Source of the DNA: Candidatus Omnitrophota bacterium
Lineage (GTDB): Bacteria; Omnitrophota; Gorgyraeia; Gygaellales; Profunditerraquicolaceae
Assembly (NCBI GenBank): GCA_030691865.1
Contig: JAUYDL010000018.1
Coordinates: forward strand, 9,518-73,517
Length of the DNA: 64,000 bases
Reading direction: 5' to 3'
In this document: one piece after another, positions 25,283-34,884 of the stretch
How positions within the stretch are numbered: position 1 is the stretch's first letter
How the letters are laid out: each line of letters starts with the position of its first letter
Translations under genes and position numbers: made by a program
Notes under the pieces: model-generated
Databases searched by the model: none
Seen by the model: only the letters and a program-made list of their open reading frames with translations
What the model was told of the DNA's origin: nothing

Positions 25283-26361
25283 TGAGCGAGCAAAAATATA
25301 AAGGGATAATTCAGAAATACAGGCGATTTTTGCCGGTGAGCGAGGAAACTCCGGTGATTACTTTAAATGAAGGAAATACTCCCTTGATTTATGCCGGCTA
25401 TTTAAGCAGGCTGGTGGGAAAAAATTGCGAAGTTTATTTAAAGTGCGAAGGCCTTAATCCTACCGGTTCTTTTAAAGACAGGGGGATGACACTGGCTATT
25501 TCCAAAGCCTGCGAGGAAAAGGCTACTGCGGTGATGTGCGCTTCTACCGGAAACACTTCGGCATCTGCTGCTGCTTACGCCGCAGTCGCCGGAATAAAAT
25601 GCATCGTTCTTATCCCCAGCGGAGCAATTGCTTTGGGAAAACTTAGTCAGGCGTTAATTCACGGGGCAAAGGTTTTAGCGATTAAGGGAAATTTTGATAC
25701 CGCTTTGAGCATGGTCAAAGAAATTACTCAAGCCTTTCCCATTACACTAGTGAATTCTTTAAATCCTTATCGTATCCAGGGGCAAAAAACTGCCAGTTTT
25801 GAAATATGCGATTACCTGGGCGATGCGCCGGATTTTCAGATTATGCCGGTAGGAAACGCCGGAAATATCACTGCTTACTGGAAAGGCTACCAAGAATATC
25901 AGAGCCAGGCTTTAAGTAAAAAACTTCCGGTAATGTTAGGTTTTCAGGCACAAGGATCTGCTCCGATTGTAAGAAATAAACCGATTCTTAACCCTGAAAC
26001 GATTGCCACCGCCATCCGGATCGGAAACCCGGCCAGCTGGAAGGGTGCGACAGATGCGCGCGATGAATCGGGTGGATTAATTGATATGGTTTCAGATACA
26101 CAAATACTTGCCGCTTATAAAATGCTTGCGGAAAAAGAAGGTGTATTTGCTGAGCCGGCTTCTGCGGCTTCGATTGCCGGGCTATTGAAATTAATAAAAA
26201 AGGGTTACTTTACACCGAGCACCAAACACCGAAAAATTCGTATTGTCTGTATTCTGACCGGGCATGGCTTAAAGGATCCTGAACGGGCGATTAAAACAAT
26301 TAAACCGCCTAAGCTGATGCGCGCAGATTTAAAAACAATTATTAAAGAAATTGGCTACTAG
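25282..26361 (+). CDS. thrC: threonine synthase
   Basis: 359 aa with the PLP-lysine motif SFKDRGMT and the tryptophan-synthase-beta-like fold II. Confidence 0.9.
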   Translation: MSEQKYKGIIQKYRRFLPVSEETPVITLNEGNTPLIYAGYLSRLVGKNCEVYLKCEGLNPTGSFKDRGMTLAISKACEEKATAVMCASTGNTSASAAAYAAVAGIKCIVLIPSGAIALGKLSQALIHGAKVLAIKGNFDTALSMVKEITQAFPITLVNSLNPYRIQGQKTASFEICDYLGDAPDFQIMPVGNAGNITAYWKGYQEYQSQALSKKLPVMLGFQAQGSAPIVRNKPILNPETIATAIRIGNPASWKGATDARDESGGLIDMVSDTQILAAYKMLAEKEGVFAEPASAASIAGLLKLIKKGYFTPSTKHRKIRIVCILTGHGLKDPERAIKTIKPPKLMRADLKTIIKEIGY

Positions 26362-26989
26362 AAAAAGAATTCTGATTACTGCCGGGCCTACCTGGGTAGC
26401 GATAGACCGGGTGCGGGTAATTAGTAACGAGGCCTCGGGAGAAACCGGATTCATCCTGGCAAATAAATTTAGAAAACTTGGGGCTAAAGTTACCCTGTTG
26501 CTTGGCCCGGGAAATTTCTGCCGAGCTGACCAAACGGGCATCCAAGTAATCCGTTTTAAATATTATTCTGAATTAGCGCAGCTCTTAGATAAAGAATTAA
26601 AAAATGGGAAATATGCGGCGGTTATTCATGCTGCGGCAGTTGCTGATTATGCGCCCAAAGAAATAATTCACCGTAAAGTCAGTTCTCAACGCAGGAGCTG
26701 GAAAATAAATTTAGTTCCCACGAAGAAACTGATCAAGAGCTTAAAAATTTACCAACCGGATTTATTTACTGTGGGTTTTAAGTTCCAACCGAATGCAGAT
26801 AAAGATAAACTGATAGCAAAAGGCAGGGAGCTGTTTGAGTCGGCAAATTTAGATTTGGTGGTAGCTAACTCTAATAAAAGCAGGGGTTATCAAGCCTACA
26901 TTTTAGACGGCCAAAATAAATACGGGCCTTTCTTAAATAAAACAAAAATGGCTATTTATTTATCCAGATTAATTTTGTCCAGAGCTTAA
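26351..26989 (+). CDS. coaB: phosphopantothenate-cysteine ligase, CoaB domain only (stand-alone)
   Basis: 212 aa. [27 protein letters not shown] matches the CoaB (DFP C-terminal) domain. There is no CoaC flavoprotein domain. Confidence 0.65.
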   Translation: MATRKRILITAGPTWVAIDRVRVISNEASGETGFILANKFRKLGAKVTLLLGPGNFCRADQTGIQVIRFKYYSELAQLLDKELKNGKYAAVIHAAAVADYAPKEIIHRKVSSQRRSWKINLVPTKKLIKSLKIYQPDLFTVGFKFQPNADKDKLIAKGRELFESANLDLVVANSNKSRGYQAYILDGQNKYGPFLNKTKMAIYLSRLILSRA

Positions 26990-27017
26990 AAAAAATTTAT
27001 GAGGTAAAATTTCTAAT

Positions 27018-28226
27018 ATGACAAAATACATTGTATTGGTTGGTGATGGTATGGCAGATTACCCTATCGAAGGGTTGGGCATGCGCACACCCTTAGAGGC
27101 AGCCCGCACGCCGAACATGGATTTTATTGCTAAAAATGGGTGTCTGGGACAGGCCAAAACCATTCCGGATAAAATGACTCCGGCATCTGATGTAGCTAAT
27201 CTTTCAATTCTGGGGTATGACCCAAAAAAATATTATTCAGGAAGAGGGCCTTTAGAAGCTGCCAACCTGGGTATTGAATTGGAAGATGACGATGTTGCTT
27301 TTCGCTGCAACTTAATTACCGCTGAAGGTGATACTTTACTTGATTACAGTGCCGGGCATATTAAATCTACGGAAGCGGAAAAGTTACTTAAATTTATTGA
27401 TCAAAAATTAGGAAGTAATAAATTGCGCTTTTTCTCTGGGGTAAGCTACCGGCATTTGCTTCTGGTTAAGCGCGGCGCAGAGTTAAAACTGCAAAATTTG
27501 AAATGCTGGGCTCCGCATGATATTACTGGCCTGAGTATTAATCGGCACTTACCTAAAGGGGATAACGCGGATATAATTATTAAACTTATGCTGGATTCTA
27601 AAGAAATTCTGTGGAGCCATGAAATTAATCAAGTCCGGCTGGAATTAAAAGAAAACCCGGCAAATATGATCTGGCTTTGGGGGCAGGGTGTAAAACCAAG
27701 TATGCCTAAATTTATGGATAAATTCGGTTTATCCGGAAGCGTAATTTCAGCGGTTGACTTGATTAAAGGGCTAGGACGCATTTTGGGCCTAGAGGTAATT
27801 AATGTTCCCGGGGCAACCGGTTATTATGATACTGATTATGAAGGCAAGGCCAAGGCAGCAATTAAGTCTTTAAAGAAAAACGATTTTGTCTTTGTGCATG
27901 TTGAGGCTCCGGATGAAGCCGGGCATAACGGTGATTTACGCCAAAAGCTTACTGCCATTGAGCGTTTTGATCAATTAGTGGTCGGCTCCTTTCTGGAATA
28001 TTGTAAAGGTAAGGATGATTTCCGGATTATGGTTTTACCGGATCATGCCACTCCACTGACTTTAAAAACGCATACAGCAGAAGCCATTCCCTTTGCGATT
28101 TACGGAAAGGATATACCAAAAGGAGAATTTCTTAATTACAGCGAAAAAGAAGCACAAAAATCGCAACTTTATTTTGAGAATGGTTATCAACTTATGGAAT
28201 ATTTTATCTTAAACACCCGGCGCTAA
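27018..28226 (+). CDS. archaeal-type cofactor-independent phosphoglycerate mutase (ApgM) family protein; candidate non-canonical homoserine kinase from its thr-cluster context
   Basis: 402 aa. The N-terminus MTKYIVLVGDGMADYPIEGLG and the metalloenzyme domain match the ApgM family. It sits between thrC/coaB and ask. The last codons and stop (NTRR*) are supplied by the downstream repeat arm. Confidence 0.7.
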   Translation: MTKYIVLVGDGMADYPIEGLGMRTPLEAARTPNMDFIAKNGCLGQAKTIPDKMTPASDVANLSILGYDPKKYYSGRGPLEAANLGIELEDDDVAFRCNLITAEGDTLLDYSAGHIKSTEAEKLLKFIDQKLGSNKLRFFSGVSYRHLLLVKRGAELKLQNLKCWAPHDITGLSINRHLPKGDNADIIIKLMLDSKEILWSHEINQVRLELKENPANMIWLWGQGVKPSMPKFMDKFGLSGSVISAVDLIKGLGRILGLEVINVPGATGYYDTDYEGKAKAAIKSLKKNDFVFVHVEAPDEAGHNGDLRQKLTAIERFDQLVVGSFLEYCKGKDDFRIMVLPDHATPLTLKTHTAEAIPFAIYGKDIPKGEFLNYSEKEAQKSQLYFENGYQLMEYFILNTRR

Positions 28227-28310
28227 TTGGCACCCCACGCTAAGCTGAATTGCGTGGGTATCCGTCAGGTGACGGAGAATTGCGCCGGTGTTGTCTAGGT
28301 AGACAAGGAG
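28213..28310 (+). repeat. second near-identical copy of the nested GC-palindrome leader element, ending TTGTCTAGGTAGACAAGGAG
   Basis: About 85 nt match 20876-20960 with only a few substitutions. It is followed by the perfect palindrome TGTCTAGGTAGACA and GGAG 8 nt before the ask ATG. Confidence 0.7.
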
Positions 28311-28318
28311 AGTACAGA

Positions 28319-29542
28319 ATGCCTAAAGGTTTAGTAGTGCAAAAATACGGCGGCTCCTCCGTCGCTAATGTCGAGTGTATTCAAAGAGTAGCGCAAAGGG
28401 TGGTTGGGTATAGTAAAAAGGGCTATGATTTGGTAGTGGTTGTTTCGGCTTTAGGAGATACTACCGATGAATTAATCAAACTGGCTGATAAAATTAATCC
28501 TAATCCTTCAGAGCGGGAAATGGATATGCTGCTTTCTACCGGAGAGCAGATCTCGGTTGCGCTTTTGGCGATGGCTATTCATAAGTTAGGATCTGAAGCT
28601 ATTTCATTTACCGGCGCCCAAGTCGGAATTATTACTGATAGCAGCCATACCCGGGCTAGAATTATCAAAATAAACGTAGATAAAATTAAAGAGGAATTAA
28701 AAAAAGGCAGGATCGTGATCGTGGCAGGTTTTCAGGGAGTAACCTTAAATCAGGATATTACCACTTTAGGCAGGGGCGGCTCAGATTTAACCGCGGTAGC
28801 TTTAGCTAAAGAACTCCAAGCAAATTCCTGTGAGATTTACACGGATGTCATGGGTATTTATACTACTGACCCGCGCATTGAACCCAATGCTAAAAAAATT
28901 AAAGAGATTACTTATGACGAAATGCTTGAGATGGCTTCTTTGGGGGCTCAAGTAATGCAACCGCGTTCTATCGAGGTAGCTAAAAAATTTAATGTTCCTT
29001 TGCATGTGCGTTCTTCATTTAATACCAAAAGCGGAACCATGATTATTAAGGAGGTTAAAAAGATGGAAGATGTCCTGGTCAGTGGGGTGACTTTAAATAA
29101 AAATGAAGCAAAAATTACTCTTTGCGGGGTTCCGGATAAACCCGGAGTAGCGGTAAAATTATTTAAAGATCTGGCGACCTGCGGAGTAAGTGTGGATATG
29201 ATCGTACAAAACGTAAGCCATACCCGCTGGACAGATATATCTTTTACAATTGCTAAAGCCGACTGCGCCAAAGCCACCAGGATTACTAAAATGGCAGCTA
29301 AAAAAATCGGCGCCGGCGAAGTTTTGCTTGACGAAGATATCGCCCGTGTCTCGATTGTCGGGGTAGGCATGAGATCTCATCATGGCGTTGCGGCAAAAAT
29401 GTTCGGGATCTTGGCGGACAATAAAATTAATATTGAAATGATCTCTACTTCGGACATCAGTATTTCATGTATTATCAAGAAGAAAGACGCTGAAATAGCA
29501 GTAAGAAAATTACACGCTGATTTCGGGCTAAATAAGGGGTAA
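28319..29542 (+). CDS. lysC: aspartate kinase (monofunctional, with C-terminal ACT domains)
   Basis: The ATG after the SD gives [24 protein letters not shown], the amino-acid kinase fold and two ACT domains. The track ORF start at 28250 reads through the repeat and was rejected. Confidence 0.9.
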   Translation: MPKGLVVQKYGGSSVANVECIQRVAQRVVGYSKKGYDLVVVVSALGDTTDELIKLADKINPNPSEREMDMLLSTGEQISVALLAMAIHKLGSEAISFTGAQVGIITDSSHTRARIIKINVDKIKEELKKGRIVIVAGFQGVTLNQDITTLGRGGSDLTAVALAKELQANSCEIYTDVMGIYTTDPRIEPNAKKIKEITYDEMLEMASLGAQVMQPRSIEVAKKFNVPLHVRSSFNTKSGTMIIKEVKKMEDVLVSGVTLNKNEAKITLCGVPDKPGVAVKLFKDLATCGVSVDMIVQNVSHTRWTDISFTIAKADCAKATRITKMAAKKIGAGEVLLDEDIARVSIVGVGMRSHHGVAAKMFGILADNKINIEMISTSDISISCIIKKKDAEIAVRKLHADFGLNKG

Positions 29543-29545
29543 CTT

Positions 29546-31111
29546 ATGACAACGGTAAAATTATACGATACCACATTACGGGACGGCTCACAGGCAGAAG
29601 GAATATCTTATTCGGTAATGGATAAAATCCGCATTGCTGAAGAGCTGGATAAGATCGGCATACATTTTATTGAGGGCGGCTGGCCAGGTTCGAATCCTAA
29701 GGACCGGGAATTCTTTGAAAAAATAAGCCAGTCTAAGCTCAAAAATTCTAAGATCGCTGCTTTTAGCATGACCCGCAGGCCAAATATTCCCGCTAGCCAG
29801 GATAGTAATTTATTGGCCCTGCTAAAATCTAAAGCCCAAGTGATTACCATCGTCGGTAAAACCTGGGATTTTCATGTGGTTGAGGTTTTAAAAACTACGC
29901 TGGATGAAAATCTGGCGATGATTTTTGACAGTATTAATTTTCTAGTTAAAAAGGGGTTCTTAGTATTTTATGACGCGGAGCATTTTTTTGATGCATACCG
30001 CGCCAATAAAGATTACGCCTTAAAAACTTTAATCGCGGCGCAAACTGCCGGCTGTTGCGCAGTTTGTCTTTGTGATACTAACGGTGGGTCTTTAACCAGC
30101 CAGATAAGTTCTACCATTAAAGAGATTAAAGAAAAAATTAAGGTCGATTTAGGAATTCATTGCCATAATGACGCCGGAGTGGCTATTGCTAATTCCCTGG
30201 CAGCTGTAGAGGCCGGAGCAAACATGGTTCAAGGGACGATTAATGGATACGGGGAACGCTGCGGAAATGCAGACCTAATTGCGATTATTGCGAATTTAAA
30301 AATTAAGTTAAAAATCGACTGTATTCCGGATGCGCAGTTAAAACAGCTAACGCATCTTTCACATTTTGTTAGTGAAATCAGCAATATGCGGCTAAAGAAT
30401 GAGCAGCCTTTTGTGGGTGATTCAGCATTCGCGCATAAGGGCGGGATGCATATTAATGCCATTATGAAAAACCCCTTAACTTATGAGCATCTGGATCCCC
30501 ATTTAGTCGGAAACAGGCGCCGAATCCTAGTTTCCGAGTTAGGGGGTAAAACCGGAATCTTATTAAGGGCCAAAGAACTAAACTATGACCTAACCAAGAC
30601 GGATCCGCAAACAAAAAAAATCCTGGAATTAGTGCAAGCCTTGGAACATAAAGGTTTTCAATTTGAAGCTGCTGAGGCGTCTTTTCAAATATTAATGCAA
30701 AGATCTTTAAAGAAATTTAAAAAATTCTTCGAATTGGAGGGGTTTAGAGTAGTTATAGAAAAAGGTCAAAACAAGAAGATTACCTCTGAAGCCATCATCA
30801 AGTTAAAGGTCAGCGGGGTTAAAGTGCATACTGCTGCCGAAGGAGATGGCCCGATAAACGCATTAGATAATGCCCTGCGCAAGGCGCTGGCGGATTTTTA
30901 TCCGACTTTAGCCAAAATGCATCTGTCCGATTTTAAAGTGCGCGTTTTGGATGAAAAAGCAGGCACTGCCGCCCGGGTGCGCGTATTAATCCAATCACAG
31001 GATGAAAAAGACATCTGGAATACAATCGGAGTCCATGAAAATATTATTGAGGCCAGTTGGCAGGCTCTGGTTGACAGTGTTGAGTATAAGCTCCTAAAGG
31101 ATAAGCAGTAA
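29546..31111 (+). CDS. cimA: citramalate synthase / 2-isopropylmalate synthase family enzyme (CimA-like, DRE-TIM plus LeuA-dimer domain)
   Basis: 521 aa. The N-terminus VKLYDTTLRDGSQAEG and the HxH metal site are present. The length and regulatory C-terminal domain are typical of (R)-citramalate synthase. Confidence 0.75.
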   Translation: MTTVKLYDTTLRDGSQAEGISYSVMDKIRIAEELDKIGIHFIEGGWPGSNPKDREFFEKISQSKLKNSKIAAFSMTRRPNIPASQDSNLLALLKSKAQVITIVGKTWDFHVVEVLKTTLDENLAMIFDSINFLVKKGFLVFYDAEHFFDAYRANKDYALKTLIAAQTAGCCAVCLCDTNGGSLTSQISSTIKEIKEKIKVDLGIHCHNDAGVAIANSLAAVEAGANMVQGTINGYGERCGNADLIAIIANLKIKLKIDCIPDAQLKQLTHLSHFVSEISNMRLKNEQPFVGDSAFAHKGGMHINAIMKNPLTYEHLDPHLVGNRRRILVSELGGKTGILLRAKELNYDLTKTDPQTKKILELVQALEHKGFQFEAAEASFQILMQRSLKKFKKFFELEGFRVVIEKGQNKKITSEAIIKLKVSGVKVHTAAEGDGPINALDNALRKALADFYPTLAKMHLSDFKVRVLDEKAGTAARVRVLIQSQDEKDIWNTIGVHENIIEASWQALVDSVEYKLLKDKQ

Positions 31112-33816
31112 TGAGCGAAGAGCTTGGTAAGCAGTATAACCCCAAAGATACCGAAACCAAGTGGTATAAAATTTGGGAACAAAATAATCTTTTTTCCGCC
31201 AAACCATCTCCGGATAAATTACCCTATTGTATAGTTATTCCGCCGCCTAATGTTACCGGAATCCTACACATGGGGCATGCCTTAAACAACACTATTCAAG
31301 ATATATTAATCCGTTACAAAAAAATGAAGGGTTTTGCGGCTCTGTGGATGCCGGGTACGGATCATGCCGGAATAGCCACGCAAAATGTGGTAGAAAAAGC
31401 TTTAGCTAAAGAAGGGCTAAGACGGCAAGATTTAGGCCGGGAAAAATTCCTGGACAGAGTCTGGGAATGGAAACAACTCTACGGGGCAACCATAATTACA
31501 CAGCTTAAAAAACTCGGTTGCGCCTGCGATTGGTCCCGCGAGCGCTTTACTATGGATGAAGCGTATTCTCGATCTGTGAGAGCAGCTTTTGTTGTGCTTT
31601 GGGAGAAAGGGCTTATCTATCAGGGGGATAAGGTTATTAACTGGTGTCCGCGCTGCCAGACCGCGCTCTCTGACGAAGAAGCTCCGCATCAAGAAATTTT
31701 AGGTAAACTTTTCTACTTGAAGTATCCGTTTAAAGATAATTTAAACGATTCCATTATTGTTGCTACTACTCGTCCAGAGACTATGCTTGGTGATACAGCG
31801 GTTGCCGTCAATCCAAAAGACAAACGTTATAAGAAACTTATTGGCACAACGCTTATTCTGCCGCTTTTGAATCGGGAAATTAAGATAATTTCCGATGCTT
31901 CAGTAGATATGGAATTTGGAACAGGAGCGGTCAAGATTACACCTGCGCATGACCCCAATGATTATCTAACCGGAAAAAAACATAAGCTTGAGTTTATTAA
32001 TGTTATGCATCCTGATGGCAGAATGAACGAAAATGCCGGCAATTATTCAGGAATGGATAGATTTACAGCGCGGAGTCATATTTTACAGGATTTATCGGAT
32101 AGGGGGTATCTAGTTAAGGAAGAACTACATAAACTTTCAGCCGGTCACTGCTATCGTTGCCACACTATTATAGAACCATACTTGTCTCGCCAATGGTTTG
32201 TCAAGATGGAACCGTTGGCAAAACCGGCTATTGAAGCAGTCAAAAATGGCAAGATCACTTTTCATCCTGCGCGTTGGACCAAGGTTTATTTGAACTGGAT
32301 GGAAAACATTCAGGATTGGTGCATCTCCCGTCAGATCTGGTGGGGACACCGTATCCCTGTCTATTATTGTAAGGAATGCCAGACAGGGAAATCCCAAATC
32401 CTAAATCCTAAATCCCAAACAAATCCAAAATCCAAAATCCAAAATCCAAAAATAGAAAACGGAGTAATCGTATCTCGTACTAATCCTGACAAATGCCCCA
32501 TTTGCGGTTCAATGGATATTTATCAGGATGAAGATGTGCTCGATACCTGGTTTTCCAGCTGGCTTTGGCCATTTGCTACCTTCGAACAAAAAGCTGATTT
32601 AGATTATTTTTATCCTACTTCAACTCTGGTTACTGCTCCGGAGATTATCTTCTTTTGGGTAGCGCGCATGATTATGGCGGGGTTTGAATTTAAACAGCAG
32701 ATCCCGTTTAAGGATGTCTATATCCACGGCACAGTGCGCGACAGCCAAGGAAAAAAGATGTCTAAGTCTTTAGGCAATGCGCTTGACCCCCTGGAGATCA
32801 TCGCTGAGTATGGGGCAGATGCTTTACGTTTTGGTCTTATCTCGATAACTACCCAAGGTCAGGATATATATTTATCCAAAGAAAGGTTCCAGCAGGGCAG
32901 GAACTTTGCCAATAAGATCTGGAATGCCTCACGCTTTATTTTAATCAATCTTAAACCTGAAGATGTAAATGTAGATTTGTGCGTTTTCTTTAAACACGAG
33001 CAACTGGATATTGTTAACCGTTGGATCCTAAGCCGTTTTTATACAACTCTAGAGAAAGTAGATAAAGAATTAGATAGTTTTAAATTCAATGAAGCCGCTA
33101 ATAGCTTATATTCATTTTTCTGGCATGAATTCTGTGATTGGTACCTGGAATTAATTAAACCCCAAATTGGCCAAAAGCAAACCCAGGTAGTGATGTATAA
33201 AGTTTTAGAAAAAACCTTGAGATTAATCCATCCTTTTATGCCTTTTATCTCCGAGGAAATTTGGCAGCGCTTGCCGTGCGCCAAAGATTCAATTATGCAA
33301 CAGAACTGGCCGCACCTGCAGAGCGAGCTAATCAATAAGAAGGATGAATTACAGATGGAGTTAGCTTTTGACCTGATTAATACTATAAGAAATATGCGCG
33401 CAGAGCTGGAGATTAATCCTGCCAGCCGTATTAACATCCAATTAACGGTTATTAGTAAGCTCACCCAAAAATCCCTGGAGCTGCTTTCAGGCTACATAAA
33501 AAATTTGGCCAAAGTTAACAACCTAACTCTGACAGATAAATATATTGCCCAAAATAACCAATACGCAGTTGTTTTTAAGGATCTGCATATTGTAATGCCG
33601 CTTGAAGGAATCGCAGATGTCGTCGAGCAACTTAAGAAAACTAATCTAAAAATTGATAAATTAAAATCCGAGATTAAAATCAAAGAGGCCATGCTGGCAA
33701 ATAAAAATTTTACCACGCGGGCCCCGAAAGAAATTGTAGATGCGGAGAAAAATAAATTAATCGATATGCATGAACAGGCCAAGAAGCTGGAGGCAGTAAA
33801 AAATGGCTTACGCTAA
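31111..33816 (+). CDS. valS: valine--tRNA ligase
   Basis: 901 aa with a HIGH motif (HMGHALNN), KMSKS, a CP1 editing domain and a C-terminal coiled coil. It contains an (AAATCC)n-encoded NPKS-rich insertion at 32385-32455. Confidence 0.95.
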   Translation: MSEELGKQYNPKDTETKWYKIWEQNNLFSAKPSPDKLPYCIVIPPPNVTGILHMGHALNNTIQDILIRYKKMKGFAALWMPGTDHAGIATQNVVEKALAKEGLRRQDLGREKFLDRVWEWKQLYGATIITQLKKLGCACDWSRERFTMDEAYSRSVRAAFVVLWEKGLIYQGDKVINWCPRCQTALSDEEAPHQEILGKLFYLKYPFKDNLNDSIIVATTRPETMLGDTAVAVNPKDKRYKKLIGTTLILPLLNREIKIISDASVDMEFGTGAVKITPAHDPNDYLTGKKHKLEFINVMHPDGRMNENAGNYSGMDRFTARSHILQDLSDRGYLVKEELHKLSAGHCYRCHTIIEPYLSRQWFVKMEPLAKPAIEAVKNGKITFHPARWTKVYLNWMENIQDWCISRQIWWGHRIPVYYCKECQTGKSQILNPKSQTNPKSKIQNPKIENGVIVSRTNPDKCPICGSMDIYQDEDVLDTWFSSWLWPFATFEQKADLDYFYPTSTLVTAPEIIFFWVARMIMAGFEFKQQIPFKDVYIHGTVRDSQGKKMSKSLGNALDPLEIIAEYGADALRFGLISITTQGQDIYLSKERFQQGRNFANKIWNASRFILINLKPEDVNVDLCVFFKHEQLDIVNRWILSRFYTTLEKVDKELDSFKFNEAANSLYSFFWHEFCDWYLELIKPQIGQKQTQVVMYKVLEKTLRLIHPFMPFISEEIWQRLPCAKDSIMQQNWPHLQSELINKKDELQMELAFDLINTIRNMRAELEINPASRINIQLTVISKLTQKSLELLSGYIKNLAKVNNLTLTDKYIAQNNQYAVVFKDLHIVMPLEGIADVVEQLKKTNLKIDKLKSEIKIKEAMLANKNFTTRAPKEIVDAEKNKLIDMHEQAKKLEAVKNGLR
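32385..32455 (+). repeat. in-frame microsatellite-like repeat (A)AAATCC x ~9 inside valS, encoding ...KSQILNPKSQTNPKSKIQNPKIEN...
   Basis: Read directly: aaatcccaaatcctaaatcctaaatcccaaacaaatccaaaatccaaaatccaaaatccaaaaat. It lies between the two CxxC zinc-knuckle pairs of ValRS. Confidence 0.7.
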
Positions 33817-34690
33817 ATATTTCTTATCTGAAACCAAGCCTAAGATTAACCGCCGCCAACTAAAATCAATCATCAAACGCGCCTTGATGGAAGATATTGG
33901 CCGGGGGGATATTACCACGCAACTAACTATACCTAAAAACGTACTAATTAAGGCTAAAATTATCGCCAAAGAAGATTTCCTGCTTTGCGGCATTGATTTA
34001 GCTTGCGATGTATTTAAAACCGTAGACCCTAGTTTAAAATTCAAGCTTCAGATCAAAGAAGGCAGGCAAGTTTTTAATAAGAATACCCTGGCGATTATCT
34101 CAGGAAAGGCGCGCAGCATTCTTACAGCTGAGCGAGTGGCCTTGAATTTATTATCTTTACTTTCCGGGATTGCTACTAAAACATCTAAATTTGTTAAAAA
34201 GATAGAGCCCTTTAAAACTAAAATCACCGATACGCGTAAAACTATAGCCGGCTTAAGGCTGCTGCAGAAATATGCGGTCAGAATCGGCTCAGGCTATAAT
34301 CACCGGATGCGCCTGGATGAAATGGTCCTGATTAAAGATAACCATTTAAAAATTATGGGAGGCTATTCTGGGCTGCCCAGGGTGCCTAAGGGATGTAAAA
34401 TTGAAATCGAAACTCAAAATCTGAAGGAGTTTAAGTACGCTTTGAGTTTTAAGCCGGATATCATTATGTTGGACAACATGAAGATCCGGGATATTCAAGA
34501 GGCGGTGAGAATTAGGAATAATCTTAAATTTAATGGCTCAAGCTGCCTTACTTGGCTAGAGGCAAGCGGAGGTATACATCTGGCTAACGTAAAAAAATAC
34601 GCCGCAACCGGAGTTGAAATAATTTCCATAGGAGAGCTAACCGATTCCATAGAATCCGTGGATATCAGTTTAGAGGTTTTACAACTCTAG
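33803..34690 (+). CDS. nadC: nicotinate-nucleotide pyrophosphorylase (quinolinate phosphoribosyltransferase)
   Basis: 295 aa with a QPRT fold, a GRGDITT motif and a C-terminal TIM-like barrel. Confidence 0.85.
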   Translation: MAYAKYFLSETKPKINRRQLKSIIKRALMEDIGRGDITTQLTIPKNVLIKAKIIAKEDFLLCGIDLACDVFKTVDPSLKFKLQIKEGRQVFNKNTLAIISGKARSILTAERVALNLLSLLSGIATKTSKFVKKIEPFKTKITDTRKTIAGLRLLQKYAVRIGSGYNHRMRLDEMVLIKDNHLKIMGGYSGLPRVPKGCKIEIETQNLKEFKYALSFKPDIIMLDNMKIRDIQEAVRIRNNLKFNGSSCLTWLEASGGIHLANVKKYAATGVEIISIGELTDSIESVDISLEVLQL

Positions 34691-34735
34691 CTTGGCAGGC
34701 CGGTTGGAGGTATAATATAAACATATAATTAAAAG

Positions 34736-34881
34736 ACACCCCGCGCTAATAAGGCACCCGGCCCTTAATGGAATTGGGCCGGTATCCGCCTCGTGGATGT
34801 ACCCCGCGCTTATTGGAATTGCGCGGGTGTCCGTCACGTGACGGAGAGAATTGCGCGGGTGTTGTCTAGGTAGACAAGGAG
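34736..34881 (+). repeat. longest copy of the nested GC-palindrome leader element (three hairpin modules plus CCGTCACGTGACGG), ending TTGTCTAGGTAGACAAGGAG
   Basis: ACACCCCGCGC-TAATAAGG[CACCCGGCCC-TTAATGGAATT-GGGCCGG]...[ACCCCGCGC-TTATTGGAATT-GCGCGGGTG]TCCGTCACGTGACGGAGAGAATTGCGCGGGTGT. The last 21 nt are identical to the ask leader. Confidence 0.7.
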
Positions 34882-34884
34882 CTA

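Noticed and set aside
31040-31115. T-box riboswitch leaders upstream of valS, hisS, aspS and glyQS
   Set aside because: valS starts at the cimA stop. The hisS, aspS and glyQS leaders are shorter than 90 nt. No specifier-loop or T-box (AATTAGGGTGGNACCGCG) sequence is present.
34692-34718. Promoter upstream of the HEAT-repeat gene (TTGGCA ... TATAAT)
   Set aside because: The spacer between the -35-like and -10-like hexamers is only ~13 nt, so this is not a credible sigma-70 promoter as read.
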